Shown one piece after another: positions 1 through 9,620 of a stretch of DNA of 64,000 nucleotides. The position numbers and the translations under genes are program-made. The notes beneath the pieces are model-generated. The model saw nothing but the letters and a program-made list of their open reading frames with translations. It did no database searches and was not told the origin of the DNA. The stretch covers positions 1,813 through 65,812 of the forward strand of contig JAFQCL010000028.1 of the NCBI GenBank assembly GCA_017416425.1, read 5' to 3'. This stretch comes from Clostridia bacterium (lineage in GTDB: Bacteria > Bacillota > Clostridia > Christensenellales > CAG-138). The number at the start of each line of letters is the position of its first letter. Position 1 is the first letter of the stretch.

Positions 1-620
1 GCGCCTGCTTCAAGCGTAAGCTGGTGGACTATAAATACAAAAATTCCTACATAAACCCGGCAAAAACTTTTGCTTCCTTCCGTGACGACATTTATCCCAC
101 GCCCGAGAACAGGGCTTTGATGCTGAAATTTAAGGATTACTGCCTTGATTACTGCGAAAGATTCCCAAACGGCTCAAAGAACAACCTTATGATAAGGGGC
201 AGGGTCGGGATAGGCAAATCCTTCATGCTCGACTGCATAGCAAACAGGGTGCGCGAGCGAGGCTTTTCGGTGGTAAAAGTAACTGCTTTTAGCATGATAG
301 ACAGTATTTTAGCCGCGATAAGCGCCAGAAGCGCTCAGCAGGGCGGCGTTGAGGTGCCGAGGTATACCGAACCCGAGCTGCTTTTGATAGATGATCTTGG
401 GAATGAACCGGAAATACGAAATGTTACGAATGAGTATCTGCTTGAAATAGTGGATAAACGACTTGAGCTTGGGCTTGCGACTATTTATTCGACAAATCTT
501 GAGCCGAGCGACATGCTTAAAGTGTACGGCGAGCGCATTACGTCCCGAATAATGGCGAGAAATACCACGGAAATAATATCGCTGCGCGGCGAAGACCTGC
601 GTCTTTTGGGCAGGTTTTGA
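1..620 (+). CDS. DnaC/DnaI-like AAA+ helicase-loader protein, 5'-truncated by the window edge
   Basis: The frame is open to the window start (in frame from nt 3). Walker A is GRVGIGKS and Walker B is LLLIDDLGNE. A C-terminal ERITSRI motif is typical of DnaC/IstB-family ATPases. Confidence 0.7.
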   Translation, partial: ACFKRKLVDYKYKNSYINPAKTFASFRDDIYPTPENRALMLKFKDYCLDYCERFPNGSKNNLMIRGRVGIGKSFMLDCIANRVRERGFSVVKVTAFSMIDSILAAISARSAQQGGVEVPRYTEPELLLIDDLGNEPEIRNVTNEYLLEIVDKRLELGLATIYSTNLEPSDMLKVYGERITSRIMARNTTEIISLRGEDLRLLGRF

Positions 621-658
621 TGTTTCACGTGAAACACAGATAGCGCCGATGCATTTTA
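600..658. repeat. 59-bp perfect direct repeat, copy 1; overlaps the last codons and stop of the DnaC-like gene
   Basis: cgtcttttgggcaggttttgatgtttcacgtgaaacacagatagcgccgatgcatttta is identical to 751-809. It contains the 16-bp perfect palindrome tgtttcacgtgaaaca. Confidence 0.9.
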
Positions 659-750
659 TGGCGTATTTGTCCTAAAAACAAGCCCAAACTCCCTTTTGAA
701 AAACGTAAATCCCAAAGTTTCATGCGAAATGCTTTGCCGGCGGCTATCCA

Positions 751-809
751 CGTCTTTTGGGCAGGTTTTGATGTTTCACGTGAAACACAGATAGCGCCGA
801 TGCATTTTA
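751..809. repeat. 59-bp perfect direct repeat, copy 2
   Basis: Identical to 600-658 by direct reading. The copies are separated by 92 bp. Confidence 0.9.
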
Positions 810-924
810 AAAGTTTTCTCATAAACCGTGAACTATTCTGAAGCAAAAAAGGCCAAGGTTTTATTAAACCTCAGCCTTTCATATGCCGCCAAGAAATTAC
901 CTTATCTCAGGTGCTTCACTTCTA

Positions 925-1674
925 TCAATCCTCGTCATCCGCCTCCGGAAGAACCGCATTATGAAATACTTCCTGAACATCATCATTGTCCTCAAGTCGT
1001 TCAAGCAGCTTAAAAAGCTTTGAAACAGCCTCCTCATCGGCTGAAATGTCAACCGTGTTTTGAGGTATACGCATGATATCGGCGCTCAAAATGTTGTATC
1101 CCATGCCTTCTATTGCTTCGCGTACCGCAGAAAAATCACCAACTTCAGTACGAACCTCGAAAACATCCTCATCCGGTATGAAATCAGAAGCCCCTGCCTC
1201 AAGCATCTGCTCCATGACCTCATCCTCATCATGTTTTGCGCTGCGCTCCAAAACAATAACGCCCATACGATCAAACATATAGGCTACACAGCCGCTCGCA
1301 CCCAAAGAGCCACCGCTCTTATCAAAAATGTGGCGCACATCCGCGGCAGCGCGATTTCTGTTATCGGTCACTACCTCAACAATAACAGCAATCCCACCCG
1401 GTGCATAGCCTTCATAAATTATTTCCTCATATATGACATTGCCAAGCTCGCCCGCAGCTTTTTTAATGGATCTGGTTATGTTGTCATTAGGCATATTGTT
1501 TGCCTTTGCCTTTGCAACAACATCCCTTAGCTTTGAGTTGTTTATGGGATCGGAACCGCCCTCGCGAACCGCTATAGCTATCTCCCTGCCTATCTTTGTA
1601 AATATTTTACCACGCTGAGCATCGGTCTTTTCCTTCTTGTTTTTAATATTCGCCCACTTAGAATGACCTGACAT
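925..1674 (-). CDS. yebC: YebC/PmpR-family transcriptional regulator
   Basis: N-terminus MSGHSKWANIKNKKEKTDAQRGKIFTKIGREI is the family signature. AGGAGG lies 6 nt upstream of the ATG at 1674, so the ORF-track start at 1707 is probably too long. Confidence 0.9.
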   Translation of the reverse strand: MSGHSKWANIKNKKEKTDAQRGKIFTKIGREIAIAVREGGSDPINNSKLRDVVAKAKANNMPNDNITRSIKKAAGELGNVIYEEIIYEGYAPGGIAVIVEVVTDNRNRAAADVRHIFDKSGGSLGASGCVAYMFDRMGVIVLERSAKHDEDEVMEQMLEAGASDFIPDEDVFEVRTEVGDFSAVREAIEGMGYNILSADIMRIPQNTVDISADEEAVSKLFKLLERLEDNDDVQEVFHNAVLPEADDED

Positions 1675-2003
1675 GGCGTACCTCCTGTTGTTCATGGCGT
1701 TAACCAATAATTTTTTTAATTATACTAAATATGAGCGCACGTTTCAAGCTGTTTTGAAAAACAAATGCGCTGCTTTTAGCATCTGCCCTTTTCATCATGC
1801 AAAATATAGGGGATAAGGCTAAGACAGAGCGCAGAATCTTTCCGGAATTTGACTTTTTAATTCGTAAATCAACCTCCATGTCAAAGAGCTTTCGCAACAA
1901 AATTCATCATTTGGTCTAAAAAGAGAAATCCTTAATGTCAGTAGTAAAGATGCGGCTAAAGACTTAGCCCCTGAAAAGACCAAAATCCGATTCCCAAGCC
2001 CCT

Positions 2004-3815
2004 TTATTCAAACTGAGATCTATAAAGCTCACTGTAAACTCCGCCCAAAGCTATGAGCGTATCATGCGTGCCCTGCTCCACCACATTGCCGTCCTTTAAG
2101 ACAAGTATCAGGTCGGCATGCTGTATCGTTGAAAGCCTGTGCGCTATCACAAAGCATGTCCTGTCCCGCATAAGCTCACGCATAGCAGACTGTATCTGCC
2201 TCTCGGTCTGCGTGTCAACGTTTGATGTCGCCTCATCAAGTATCAGCATCTTAGAATCGTGAAGCATAGCCCTTGCTATCGTAAGCAGCTGCTTTTGTCC
2301 CTTTGATATGTTTGAACCATTGTCGCTGAGATAGGTGTTGTAGCCATCGGGCAGGCGCGTTATGTAGCTATGTATTTTCGCGGCTTTAGCTGCGGCTACC
2401 ACCTCCTCCATCGTGGCGTTTTCCTTGGCGTAGGCTATATTTTCAAATATCGTGCCCGAAAAAAGCCAAGTGTCCTGTAAAACCATTGTATAAGCAAGCC
2501 TCAGGCTCTCCCTTGTAAGACCATATATGCTCTTGCCGTCTATCTTTATCTCGCCGCTGTCTGCGTCATAAAAGCGCATGAGAAGGTTTATAATGGTAGT
2601 TTTTCCCGCGCCCGTGGGCCCTACTATGGCAATAAGGCTTCCTCTTTTGGCGCTAAGGCACAGATCGGTTATTATGGGCTTATTCTCCTCATAGCCAAAA
2701 TCAACATTTTTTATCAGCACATCGCCGTAAACATCGCGCAAAACCTCCGCCGCCTCATCATCGGCCTTCTCGGGAAGCTCATCTATAAGGCGAAACACCC
2801 TCTCCGCCGCAGCAAAGGCGGATTGAAGCTCGCCAAATATGTTCGCCACCTCGTTTATGGGGCCTGAGAACTTTCTGGAATAAAGCACAAACGAAGATAT
2901 ATCGCCAAGCCCTATCCCACCCGCCATATAAAGCAGCGCGCCAAACACGCTCACAAGCGCAAGCGAGATGTTGTTTATGAAATTGACGGAAGGTCCCATC
3001 AAAGTGCCCGAATGTTCGGCTTTTTTATAGGCTATAACGGCATTTTCATTGTACCTGTCAAATTTTTCGATCATGTCGCCTTGGCAGTTATAAGCCCTTG
3101 TGGTCTTTTGCCCCTGTATCATCTCCTCGGCAAAGCCGTTCATCTGGCCAAGCGATGCAGACCTTTTTCTGTAAAGCGGTCTTACCTTGTTTGAGATGTA
3201 CTTTGAAAACAGCACCGAAAGCGGCACAGTCACAACGAACACCAGCACCAAAAGCGGCTCTATGGTAAGCATCATTATAAGGGAACCCACCACCGTTATG
3301 ACGCTTCTTGCTATCTGGATCATGTCCGCTGAAAACGAAGCGTTCACCGTATCTATATCATAGGATATCACGCTTATTATATCGCCCGTCTGGTGCGAAT
3401 CAAAAAAGCTGACAGGAAGCGTAGTAAGCCTTTCAAATACGTCCTGCCTCATGCTTTTTGACATGCTCCTTGTTATACGCTGCACTGCATATTGCAGTAA
3501 AAAAGCCATAACGCCGGAAATTATGTAGAATACTATCATAAGCGCGGCATAGTAAAACATGGTGTTAAAATCAACGCCGCCCGGGGTATTTCCTATAGCA
3601 TCGATCGCCTTACCCGAAAGGCTTGGCCCCAAAAGCTGAAGGAGATTGCCCGCTACCACAAATATAACGGCAAGCGTTATCAAAAGCCGGTGCCTACCAA
3701 GATACCCCCAAAGTCTGCCCATAATATAGCCCATGTCGGCTCTTTTTGGCCTCGACTTTTTATCGCTTCCGGTAAAGCTTTCCCTTTCAAACCTTGTACC
3801 CTGTGGATTACGCAT
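2004..3815 (-). CDS. ABC exporter, fused permease/ATPase (heterodimer partner B)
   Basis: N-terminal 6-TM region. Walker A GPTGAGKTT, signature LSKGQKQ, Walker B LILDEATS. Overlaps the upstream partner by 8 nt. Confidence 0.9.
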   Translation of the reverse strand: MRNPQGTRFERESFTGSDKKSRPKRADMGYIMGRLWGYLGRHRLLITLAVIFVVAGNLLQLLGPSLSGKAIDAIGNTPGGVDFNTMFYYAALMIVFYIISGVMAFLLQYAVQRITRSMSKSMRQDVFERLTTLPVSFFDSHQTGDIISVISYDIDTVNASFSADMIQIARSVITVVGSLIMMLTIEPLLVLVFVVTVPLSVLFSKYISNKVRPLYRKRSASLGQMNGFAEEMIQGQKTTRAYNCQGDMIEKFDRYNENAVIAYKKAEHSGTLMGPSVNFINNISLALVSVFGALLYMAGGIGLGDISSFVLYSRKFSGPINEVANIFGELQSAFAAAERVFRLIDELPEKADDEAAEVLRDVYGDVLIKNVDFGYEENKPIITDLCLSAKRGSLIAIVGPTGAGKTTIINLLMRFYDADSGEIKIDGKSIYGLTRESLRLAYTMVLQDTWLFSGTIFENIAYAKENATMEEVVAAAKAAKIHSYITRLPDGYNTYLSDNGSNISKGQKQLLTIARAMLHDSKMLILDEATSNVDTQTERQIQSAMRELMRDRTCFVIAHRLSTIQHADLILVLKDGNVVEQGTHDTLIALGGVYSELYRSQFE

Positions 3816-5535
3816 TGGCTACACCCCCCATCTGAGTATCGCAGATATCCCTGTACTCGGGGCAGGTGACATAAAGCCTTTCATGCGTGCCGCTGCCTAT
3901 CACCCTGCCATCGTCCAGCATGAGTATGAGGTCGGCTCCCATTATGGAGCTTGCCCTTTGCGCTATCACGACCGAGGTCACATCCGAATAATGCTTTTTA
4001 AGCTCCTGCCGGAGTTTTGCGTCCGTTCTGTAGTCAAGCGCCGATGAGGAATCGTCAAGCACCAGTATCTCAGGGTTTGCCGCAAGCGCCCTTGCTATTA
4101 TAAGGCGCTGCTTCTGCCCGCCACTTATGTTTGCTCCGCGAAGCGTAAGGCGGTGCTCTATTCCATCCTCCTTTTCAAGGAGTATGCTCTCGCCCTGCGC
4201 ATGCACAATCGCGCTCTTTATGGCGTCATCGTCAAGATTTCTTCCAAAATCAACATTTTCGCGTATTGTATCTGCCATTAAAAAGTCGTTTTGAAAGGCA
4301 ACTCCAAAGCGTTTTCTAACCTCATTCGGCTCCATAGTACGGGTGTCTTTTCCGTTTATGCGGATAACGCCGCTATCCTGCACATAAAAGCGCATGAGCA
4401 GATTTATTATCGTGGATTTCCCACTGCCAGTAGCGCCGATTATGCCAAGCGTCTGACCCTTTTTCAGCTTAAAGGACACATGCTCTATGTTGTTTTCGAT
4501 GCCGTTATATGAAAAGCTTACGTCCTCCATCTCGATGTGGTAGTTTTCATCGCCCGCTTCCGTTTCTTTTTCAGCTAAAAGGGCTATTTCCTCATTTGGC
4601 GCGTCAAGAACCTTAGCTATTCTGTCCGCAGAGGCCATGCCCCTTGAAATTACAACGAATATCCTTGTGATTCCAAGCATGGCGTTTAATATTATCGTAA
4701 AATATGATAAAAACGCTATTATAACGCCCGGCTCGGTAAGCGCACTGTTTATCCGAAACGCGCCCACCACGATAACAAGGGTAAGGCCTATGTTTAAAAC
4801 GATAGTAGCGGCGGGGTTTGTAACGCCCATTATGAGCGAAGCTTTAAATTCGGTGCCGGCAAGGTTTTCGTTTACATCCAAAAAGCGCTTTTGCTCGTGC
4901 TTTGTTTTGGAAAGCGCCTTTATCACCCTTACGCCGACGGCGTTTTCCTGCACGATTAAAACAAGCCTGTCCAGTATCTTTTGGCATTTTACATAGAGCG
5001 GTATGCCCTTTTTTGTAACTATATACACCACGATGGCTATTACCGGCAGCATGCCTATCAAAACGAGTGTAAGCACCGCATCCATGGTGAGGGCAATTAT
5101 TATGCCGCCAAGAAGGAGTACGGGCGCTCTTACGCCAAGCCTTTGGGTGCGCACGAGCATGTCGTTTACATGATATGTATCGGTAGTAAGCCTTGATATC
5201 AAAGAGGGTATGGTAAATTTGTCCGTCTGCGCCGAGGAAAGCCCCTCTATTTTTGCGAACAGGTCATGTCTTATGTTGAGAGTGACCTTGCTTGTATTGG
5301 TAGTAGCCATTCTGTTTGCGGTTATATTGATAACTGCGTCCGAAACAGCGCACAGCGCCATTATGCCGCCCCACATAAACACCTCGCCGGGGCTATTTTT
5401 CGGGGCGACCTCATCGATTATTTTTTCAAGCAGTGAAGGGATTATAAGGTTAAACATGGCCGCTATGAATTTTAAAGCAAGACCCAATATCATTGCCCAT
5501 CTATAAGGGCGTATATATTCAAATACTCGTTTCAT
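3808..5535 (-). CDS. ABC exporter, fused permease/ATPase (heterodimer partner A)
   Basis: TM domain followed by Walker A GATGSGKST, signature ISGGQKQR and Walker B LVLDDSSS. Confidence 0.9.
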   Translation of the reverse strand: MKRVFEYIRPYRWAMILGLALKFIAAMFNLIIPSLLEKIIDEVAPKNSPGEVFMWGGIMALCAVSDAVINITANRMATTNTSKVTLNIRHDLFAKIEGLSSAQTDKFTIPSLISRLTTDTYHVNDMLVRTQRLGVRAPVLLLGGIIIALTMDAVLTLVLIGMLPVIAIVVYIVTKKGIPLYVKCQKILDRLVLIVQENAVGVRVIKALSKTKHEQKRFLDVNENLAGTEFKASLIMGVTNPAATIVLNIGLTLVIVVGAFRINSALTEPGVIIAFLSYFTIILNAMLGITRIFVVISRGMASADRIAKVLDAPNEEIALLAEKETEAGDENYHIEMEDVSFSYNGIENNIEHVSFKLKKGQTLGIIGATGSGKSTIINLLMRFYVQDSGVIRINGKDTRTMEPNEVRKRFGVAFQNDFLMADTIRENVDFGRNLDDDAIKSAIVHAQGESILLEKEDGIEHRLTLRGANISGGQKQRLIIARALAANPEILVLDDSSSALDYRTDAKLRQELKKHYSDVTSVVIAQRASSIMGADLILMLDDGRVIGSGTHERLYVTCPEYRDICDTQMGGVANA

Positions 5536-5774
5536 ATTTCCTCACAAATGGGATATTCACATTGATGTTAACATTTTGTCACAGCAAGGTCAATAGTTAA
5601 TCGTTTTATATTTATAGGCGGCGGGGGCATCGGTTTTTGTTATACATGTAAATGAGAGTTAGTAAAAACGTAATGCAGTTATCAATGAGCTTATTAATTA
5701 TCAAATAAAAATATACCGAGAATAAGATTTATGTTATCATAGTAGTAACTTTTCTACAGAAAGCAGGTGCAAGG

Positions 5775-7925
5775 ATGGAAAATAAAAAAATCATCCGCCC
5801 GGATTCAAATACGGTAAAAACTGTTATTAAAAGGTCTTCCCAAATCGATGCCCTTCTTGGCGAAATCATAGGTTCAAAAGACATGCAGTTGCAGGCGGCT
5901 CAAGATGCAGCCCAGCGGCTCTATGATGACCGCATTCGCCGCGCCCTTGAAAAGATGGACGTTGAACATATCAACAAAGCAAAGCAGGGTATCCGTATAT
6001 CGTTGCTGCGAAAGGCAGGCGTTTTAAACATCTGGCAGGCTTCCCAGCTTTCCTTCCGCCGGATATGTGATATCGATGGACTTGGAGAGCAATCCGCCTA
6101 TAAGATTCAGGATATAGTAGAACAGATCACGCAAAACACAAAAAATACCATTCGAATCCGCATTGAAGCGGAAAATCCCGGCGAAGTGGATGACGCCCTT
6201 ATCCGCGCGCTTGCCGTACTGATCCACTCTCGTCCTATTTTGGAAAAGTGTGAAGTAATCTATAAAGAAAATCACACTCAATTGCAGCAGGAGCTGACGC
6301 TTGTAAAGAAGGCGCTCAGCGCTGTGGGATGGCTGTTTAGATCACGGGCAACAAAGAAGCGGATCGCAGAAGCCTTGGAAAGCCTTAGCGAGCGGCTTTG
6401 TGGAGAGCTTGGCAGCAACGCCCTTTTTGATTCATGGACAAATATAAAAGAAACACCCGTAAAAACCTGGTGGGAGGACTACCGCCGCAATGCTTCTATC
6501 TATTACGCAGAGCTTGAAAATCTTGGTTTGAACTGGAAAAATCAGGATGCTGCTCCCGGCGGTTTGCCTGCTGAGCTTGCAGCCAAGATCGAAGCTTTAA
6601 AGCTGGATCTTCGGTATCTTAAAGCTACCCTTAGAAGCTACCAAACCTTCGGCGTCAAATACATCGTCCATCAAAAGAAAACCCTGCTTGGTGATGAAAT
6701 GGGTCTTGGCAAAACAATTCAGGCCATTGCCGCTATGGCAGCGCAAGCAGCTTTGGGAAAAAGCCACTTCATTGTTGTATGCCCTGCCAGCGTACTGATA
6801 AACTGGTGCAGAGAAATTCAAAAATTCAGCGCGCTCAGCGTGACAAAAGTCCACGGAAACGATGAAGAAGCATTGCTTTACTGGCGAGAAAACGGCGGCG
6901 TTTTAGTGACCACCTATGAATCCATCAGCCGTTTCCGACTGCCCGAAAAATTCAAAATCTCCATGGTGATAGCCGATGAAGCCCACTATGTTAAAAATCC
7001 GGACACCCGGCGCACAAAAGCGCTTCTCAGGCTGCTTGAAAAGACGGATAATACGCTCTTTCTGTCCGGCACCCCTCTGGAAAATCGGGTGGATGAGATG
7101 TGCTTTTTGGTCAGCTGTTTACAGCCGGATATCGCAAAAGAGCTGGAAGCTGTTAAATATCTTTCCACAAAAGAGCAGTTCCGCCAGCAGCTGGCGCCTG
7201 TCTATCTGCGCCGTACGCGCGACGATGTACTCAGCGAGCTGCCTGACCTGATCGAAAAGGAGCAGTGGTGCGTTCTTTGCGAGCAGGAACAGAAGGCCTA
7301 CAAAGACGCGATTATGTCGGAAAACTTCATGTCCATTCGCCAAGTATCCTGGCAGGTGGAGGACCTTAAAAATTCCTCTAAGGCCCTTAGACTTTTGGAG
7401 CTGTGCAGCCAGGCAAGGGAGCAAAAAAGGAAGGTGATCGTGTTCTCATTTTTCCGCGCAACACTGCGAAAAGTCGCGGAGCTTTTAGGGGACTGCTGCA
7501 TGGAACCCATCACCGGCTCCACTTCTCCCCAGCGGCGGCAGGAGATTGTGGATGAATTTACAAAGGCGGAGGAAGGCGCTGTTTTGGTAAGCCAAGTGCA
7601 GGCGGGCGGCACAGGGTTAAACATCCAGAGCGCCAGCGTCATCATTTTTTGCGAACCTCAGATAAAGCCCTCCATAGAAAATCAAGCTATCTCTCGCGCC
7701 TACCGTATGGGGCAAGTACAAGATGTGCTGGTATATCGCCTGCTGGCGGACGATACCATCGATGAGCGGATCATGGAACTTTTGAAAAACAAGCAAATCC
7801 AGTTCGACAGCTTTGCCGATGAGTCCGTGGTTGGTACGGAATCTCTTAAACCAAGCCAAGCCGCGTGGATCGGCAAAATGGTTGAGGAAGAAAAGAAACG
7901 CCTGCTTGAAATTCAAAAGGCGTAA
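5775..7925 (+). CDS. SNF2-family helicase with an approximately 290-aa N-terminal extension
   Basis: LRSYQ...LGDEMGLGKTIQAIA (motif I), DEAHYVKN (motif II) and the helicase-C block QAGGTGLNIQ...QAISRAYRMGQ. The N-terminal region contains a helix-hairpin-helix-like ICDIDGLGEQSAYKI. Confidence 0.85.
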   Translation: MENKKIIRPDSNTVKTVIKRSSQIDALLGEIIGSKDMQLQAAQDAAQRLYDDRIRRALEKMDVEHINKAKQGIRISLLRKAGVLNIWQASQLSFRRICDIDGLGEQSAYKIQDIVEQITQNTKNTIRIRIEAENPGEVDDALIRALAVLIHSRPILEKCEVIYKENHTQLQQELTLVKKALSAVGWLFRSRATKKRIAEALESLSERLCGELGSNALFDSWTNIKETPVKTWWEDYRRNASIYYAELENLGLNWKNQDAAPGGLPAELAAKIEALKLDLRYLKATLRSYQTFGVKYIVHQKKTLLGDEMGLGKTIQAIAAMAAQAALGKSHFIVVCPASVLINWCREIQKFSALSVTKVHGNDEEALLYWRENGGVLVTTYESISRFRLPEKFKISMVIADEAHYVKNPDTRRTKALLRLLEKTDNTLFLSGTPLENRVDEMCFLVSCLQPDIAKELEAVKYLSTKEQFRQQLAPVYLRRTRDDVLSELPDLIEKEQWCVLCEQEQKAYKDAIMSENFMSIRQVSWQVEDLKNSSKALRLLELCSQAREQKRKVIVFSFFRATLRKVAELLGDCCMEPITGSTSPQRRQEIVDEFTKAEEGAVLVSQVQAGGTGLNIQSASVIIFCEPQIKPSIENQAISRAYRMGQVQDVLVYRLLADDTIDERIMELLKNKQIQFDSFADESVVGTESLKPSQAAWIGKMVEEEKKRLLEIQKA

Positions 7926-8328
7926 TATTTGCTTTATTTTGACCTCTAAGCAGACGGTATTCGATGTTTTCTCATTGGATATTACTTGCCCCGGCATTTA
8001 TCCCGGCAAATGCTTTAGTCATCCACTTTATCTGTTCGGTAAATTTCAAGTCGCTTGTACTAAATACAGACAATGATAGATAGCATCGGTTGCTTTATCC
8101 TTTTGACTTTTTGTGGGTGATCCTCAGCCGGCTTTGGATGTTTTCGTTCCTGATGTATGACCAACTGTGTATGCATGATTCCTTATATATTGCGTTATTT
8201 GCATTGAGAGCTAAAACAAATCGAAGAGGGACTTACAAAAAGCGATGCACAGCGTATCTAAGGCCTTACTTGCCCGGCACATGGTAAAAAGCGGCAGGGC
8301 AGGGGGTATATATTAACAATATTAGCCC

Positions 8329-9606
8329 CTATTCTGAAACAGCCTCAAAAATCCGCGTTTCAAACGGAATATCACGCATAATCCCATCACAAAGCTTTGG
8401 ATCCGTCGTCCGGTCAACGCCGCAGAGAAGCGTTATCCCCATGTCCTTTGCACGGGCATGCATGGCCTTGGGTATGTTTGCATAAGTAGAAACGAGTATC
8501 TTCCCGGCGTATTTACCTCCAAAACGCCATGCTACTGTGTTTAGTTTATAAAGCTCATCGGTATCCACCTGCCCATTTTTACAGGATATAAAAACAGGCA
8601 CAAGCCCTTGCATGAATAATGCGTCTATCTCATTGACCGTATCGTATGGCACACCGCCGACTTTATCATGTATCTCGCGGGCTGTTTTTCCGTCCCAGTC
8701 TATCACCACGCCCGACTGTATGTCGCAAAACATAGGCTCACCCTGTGAATTTCTGATATTTTTTCCTATAAGGCTCGTGTATATCTCAAGTATAAGGCCA
8801 TCCTTTGTCAGGCATTTTCGTATGAGACTGTCCTTAAAGCGAAAAGAAAGCTCCTTGCCGTCAAAGCGCAGGTTTTCAATAAGGCGCGCCTTTGAAAGCT
8901 CCTTTAAAAAATACTTTAAAGGCGTCTTAAACTTATCCGGCTTTTCGTAGAGTACATTCAGTTCGCCCGGGGCAGACCCTATCTCTGAAAGAGTGTGCCT
9001 TATTTTTGTGAGATTTTTATTCCAAGCGGCAGTATCCTTGCTGCATATGCGCCAAAGCCGCATGATATCGGCAACATTTTCGGCGCTAAGGCTTGAAAGC
9101 TCGGTCCTTGCGGTTATCTTGCCGCCGTAAAGGGCTATGGCTTCATCCGCCGTAAGTCTTGGGCAGGAAGCCTTTTTCAGCGCATCATCCGCATTTAAAA
9201 GCGCGTGGAGGCTGCCTCTTTTTATATCAGCGGTGTGCAGGGAAACAGGGTATCTGCTCGCCGCCATGCCAAGCGCTACCAGCGCCGCCTCATCACCGCC
9301 AAGCATATCGCACACGCAGTGATCCTGCGACAAAAATCCCTCTATAATGGCAGCTATGCCTTTTATATCATTTGGCTGCGTCTGCTTTATAACGATCTTT
9401 GGAAGCTTTGCTAGTTCATTTTTGGACATTTTTGCAGAAGCAAGCGAAAAAAGTCGCTCTTTTAGGGCTAAAAGCGCAGACTCTCTTGAGCCTATGAGCA
9501 CCACCCTGTCGGGGGAGAGCGCCAGCATGCTTGCCGCGTTTACAACAGGAGGACTGTCTATAAATTCTATCAGCGTCACTTTTAAAAACTCCTTTTTTTC
9601 TATCAT
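8329..9606 (-). CDS. Card1/Can2-like protein (DUF1887 type): CARF-like N-terminal domain plus PD-(D/E)xK nuclease-like C-terminal domain
   Basis: The C-terminal block NEIDALFMQGLVPVFISCKNGQVDTDELYKLNTVAWRFGGKYAGKILVSTY aligns by eye with the DUF1887 signature NELDV...IIECKT...LYKL...GG...LVS. The N-terminus has Rossmann-like VTLIEFIDSPPV...DRVVLIGS and DMLGGDEAAL segments. Confidence 0.65.
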   Translation of the reverse strand: MIEKKEFLKVTLIEFIDSPPVVNAASMLALSPDRVVLIGSRESALLALKERLFSLASAKMSKNELAKLPKIVIKQTQPNDIKGIAAIIEGFLSQDHCVCDMLGGDEAALVALGMAASRYPVSLHTADIKRGSLHALLNADDALKKASCPRLTADEAIALYGGKITARTELSSLSAENVADIMRLWRICSKDTAAWNKNLTKIRHTLSEIGSAPGELNVLYEKPDKFKTPLKYFLKELSKARLIENLRFDGKELSFRFKDSLIRKCLTKDGLILEIYTSLIGKNIRNSQGEPMFCDIQSGVVIDWDGKTAREIHDKVGGVPYDTVNEIDALFMQGLVPVFISCKNGQVDTDELYKLNTVAWRFGGKYAGKILVSTYANIPKAMHARAKDMGITLLCGVDRTTDPKLCDGIMRDIPFETRIFEAVSE

Positions 9607-9620
9607 ATTTAGGCAAAAGC

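Noticed and set aside
625-846. A 73-aa minus-strand ORF spanning both 59-bp repeats.
   Set aside because: It is built from the repeat copies and has neither an RBS nor motifs.
8090-8287. Small ORFs in the SNF2/Card1 convergent spacer: a 65-aa plus-strand ORF and a 37-aa minus-strand ORF.
   Set aside because: They have no RBS, odd composition and no motifs. The region is better explained as a terminator or spacer.
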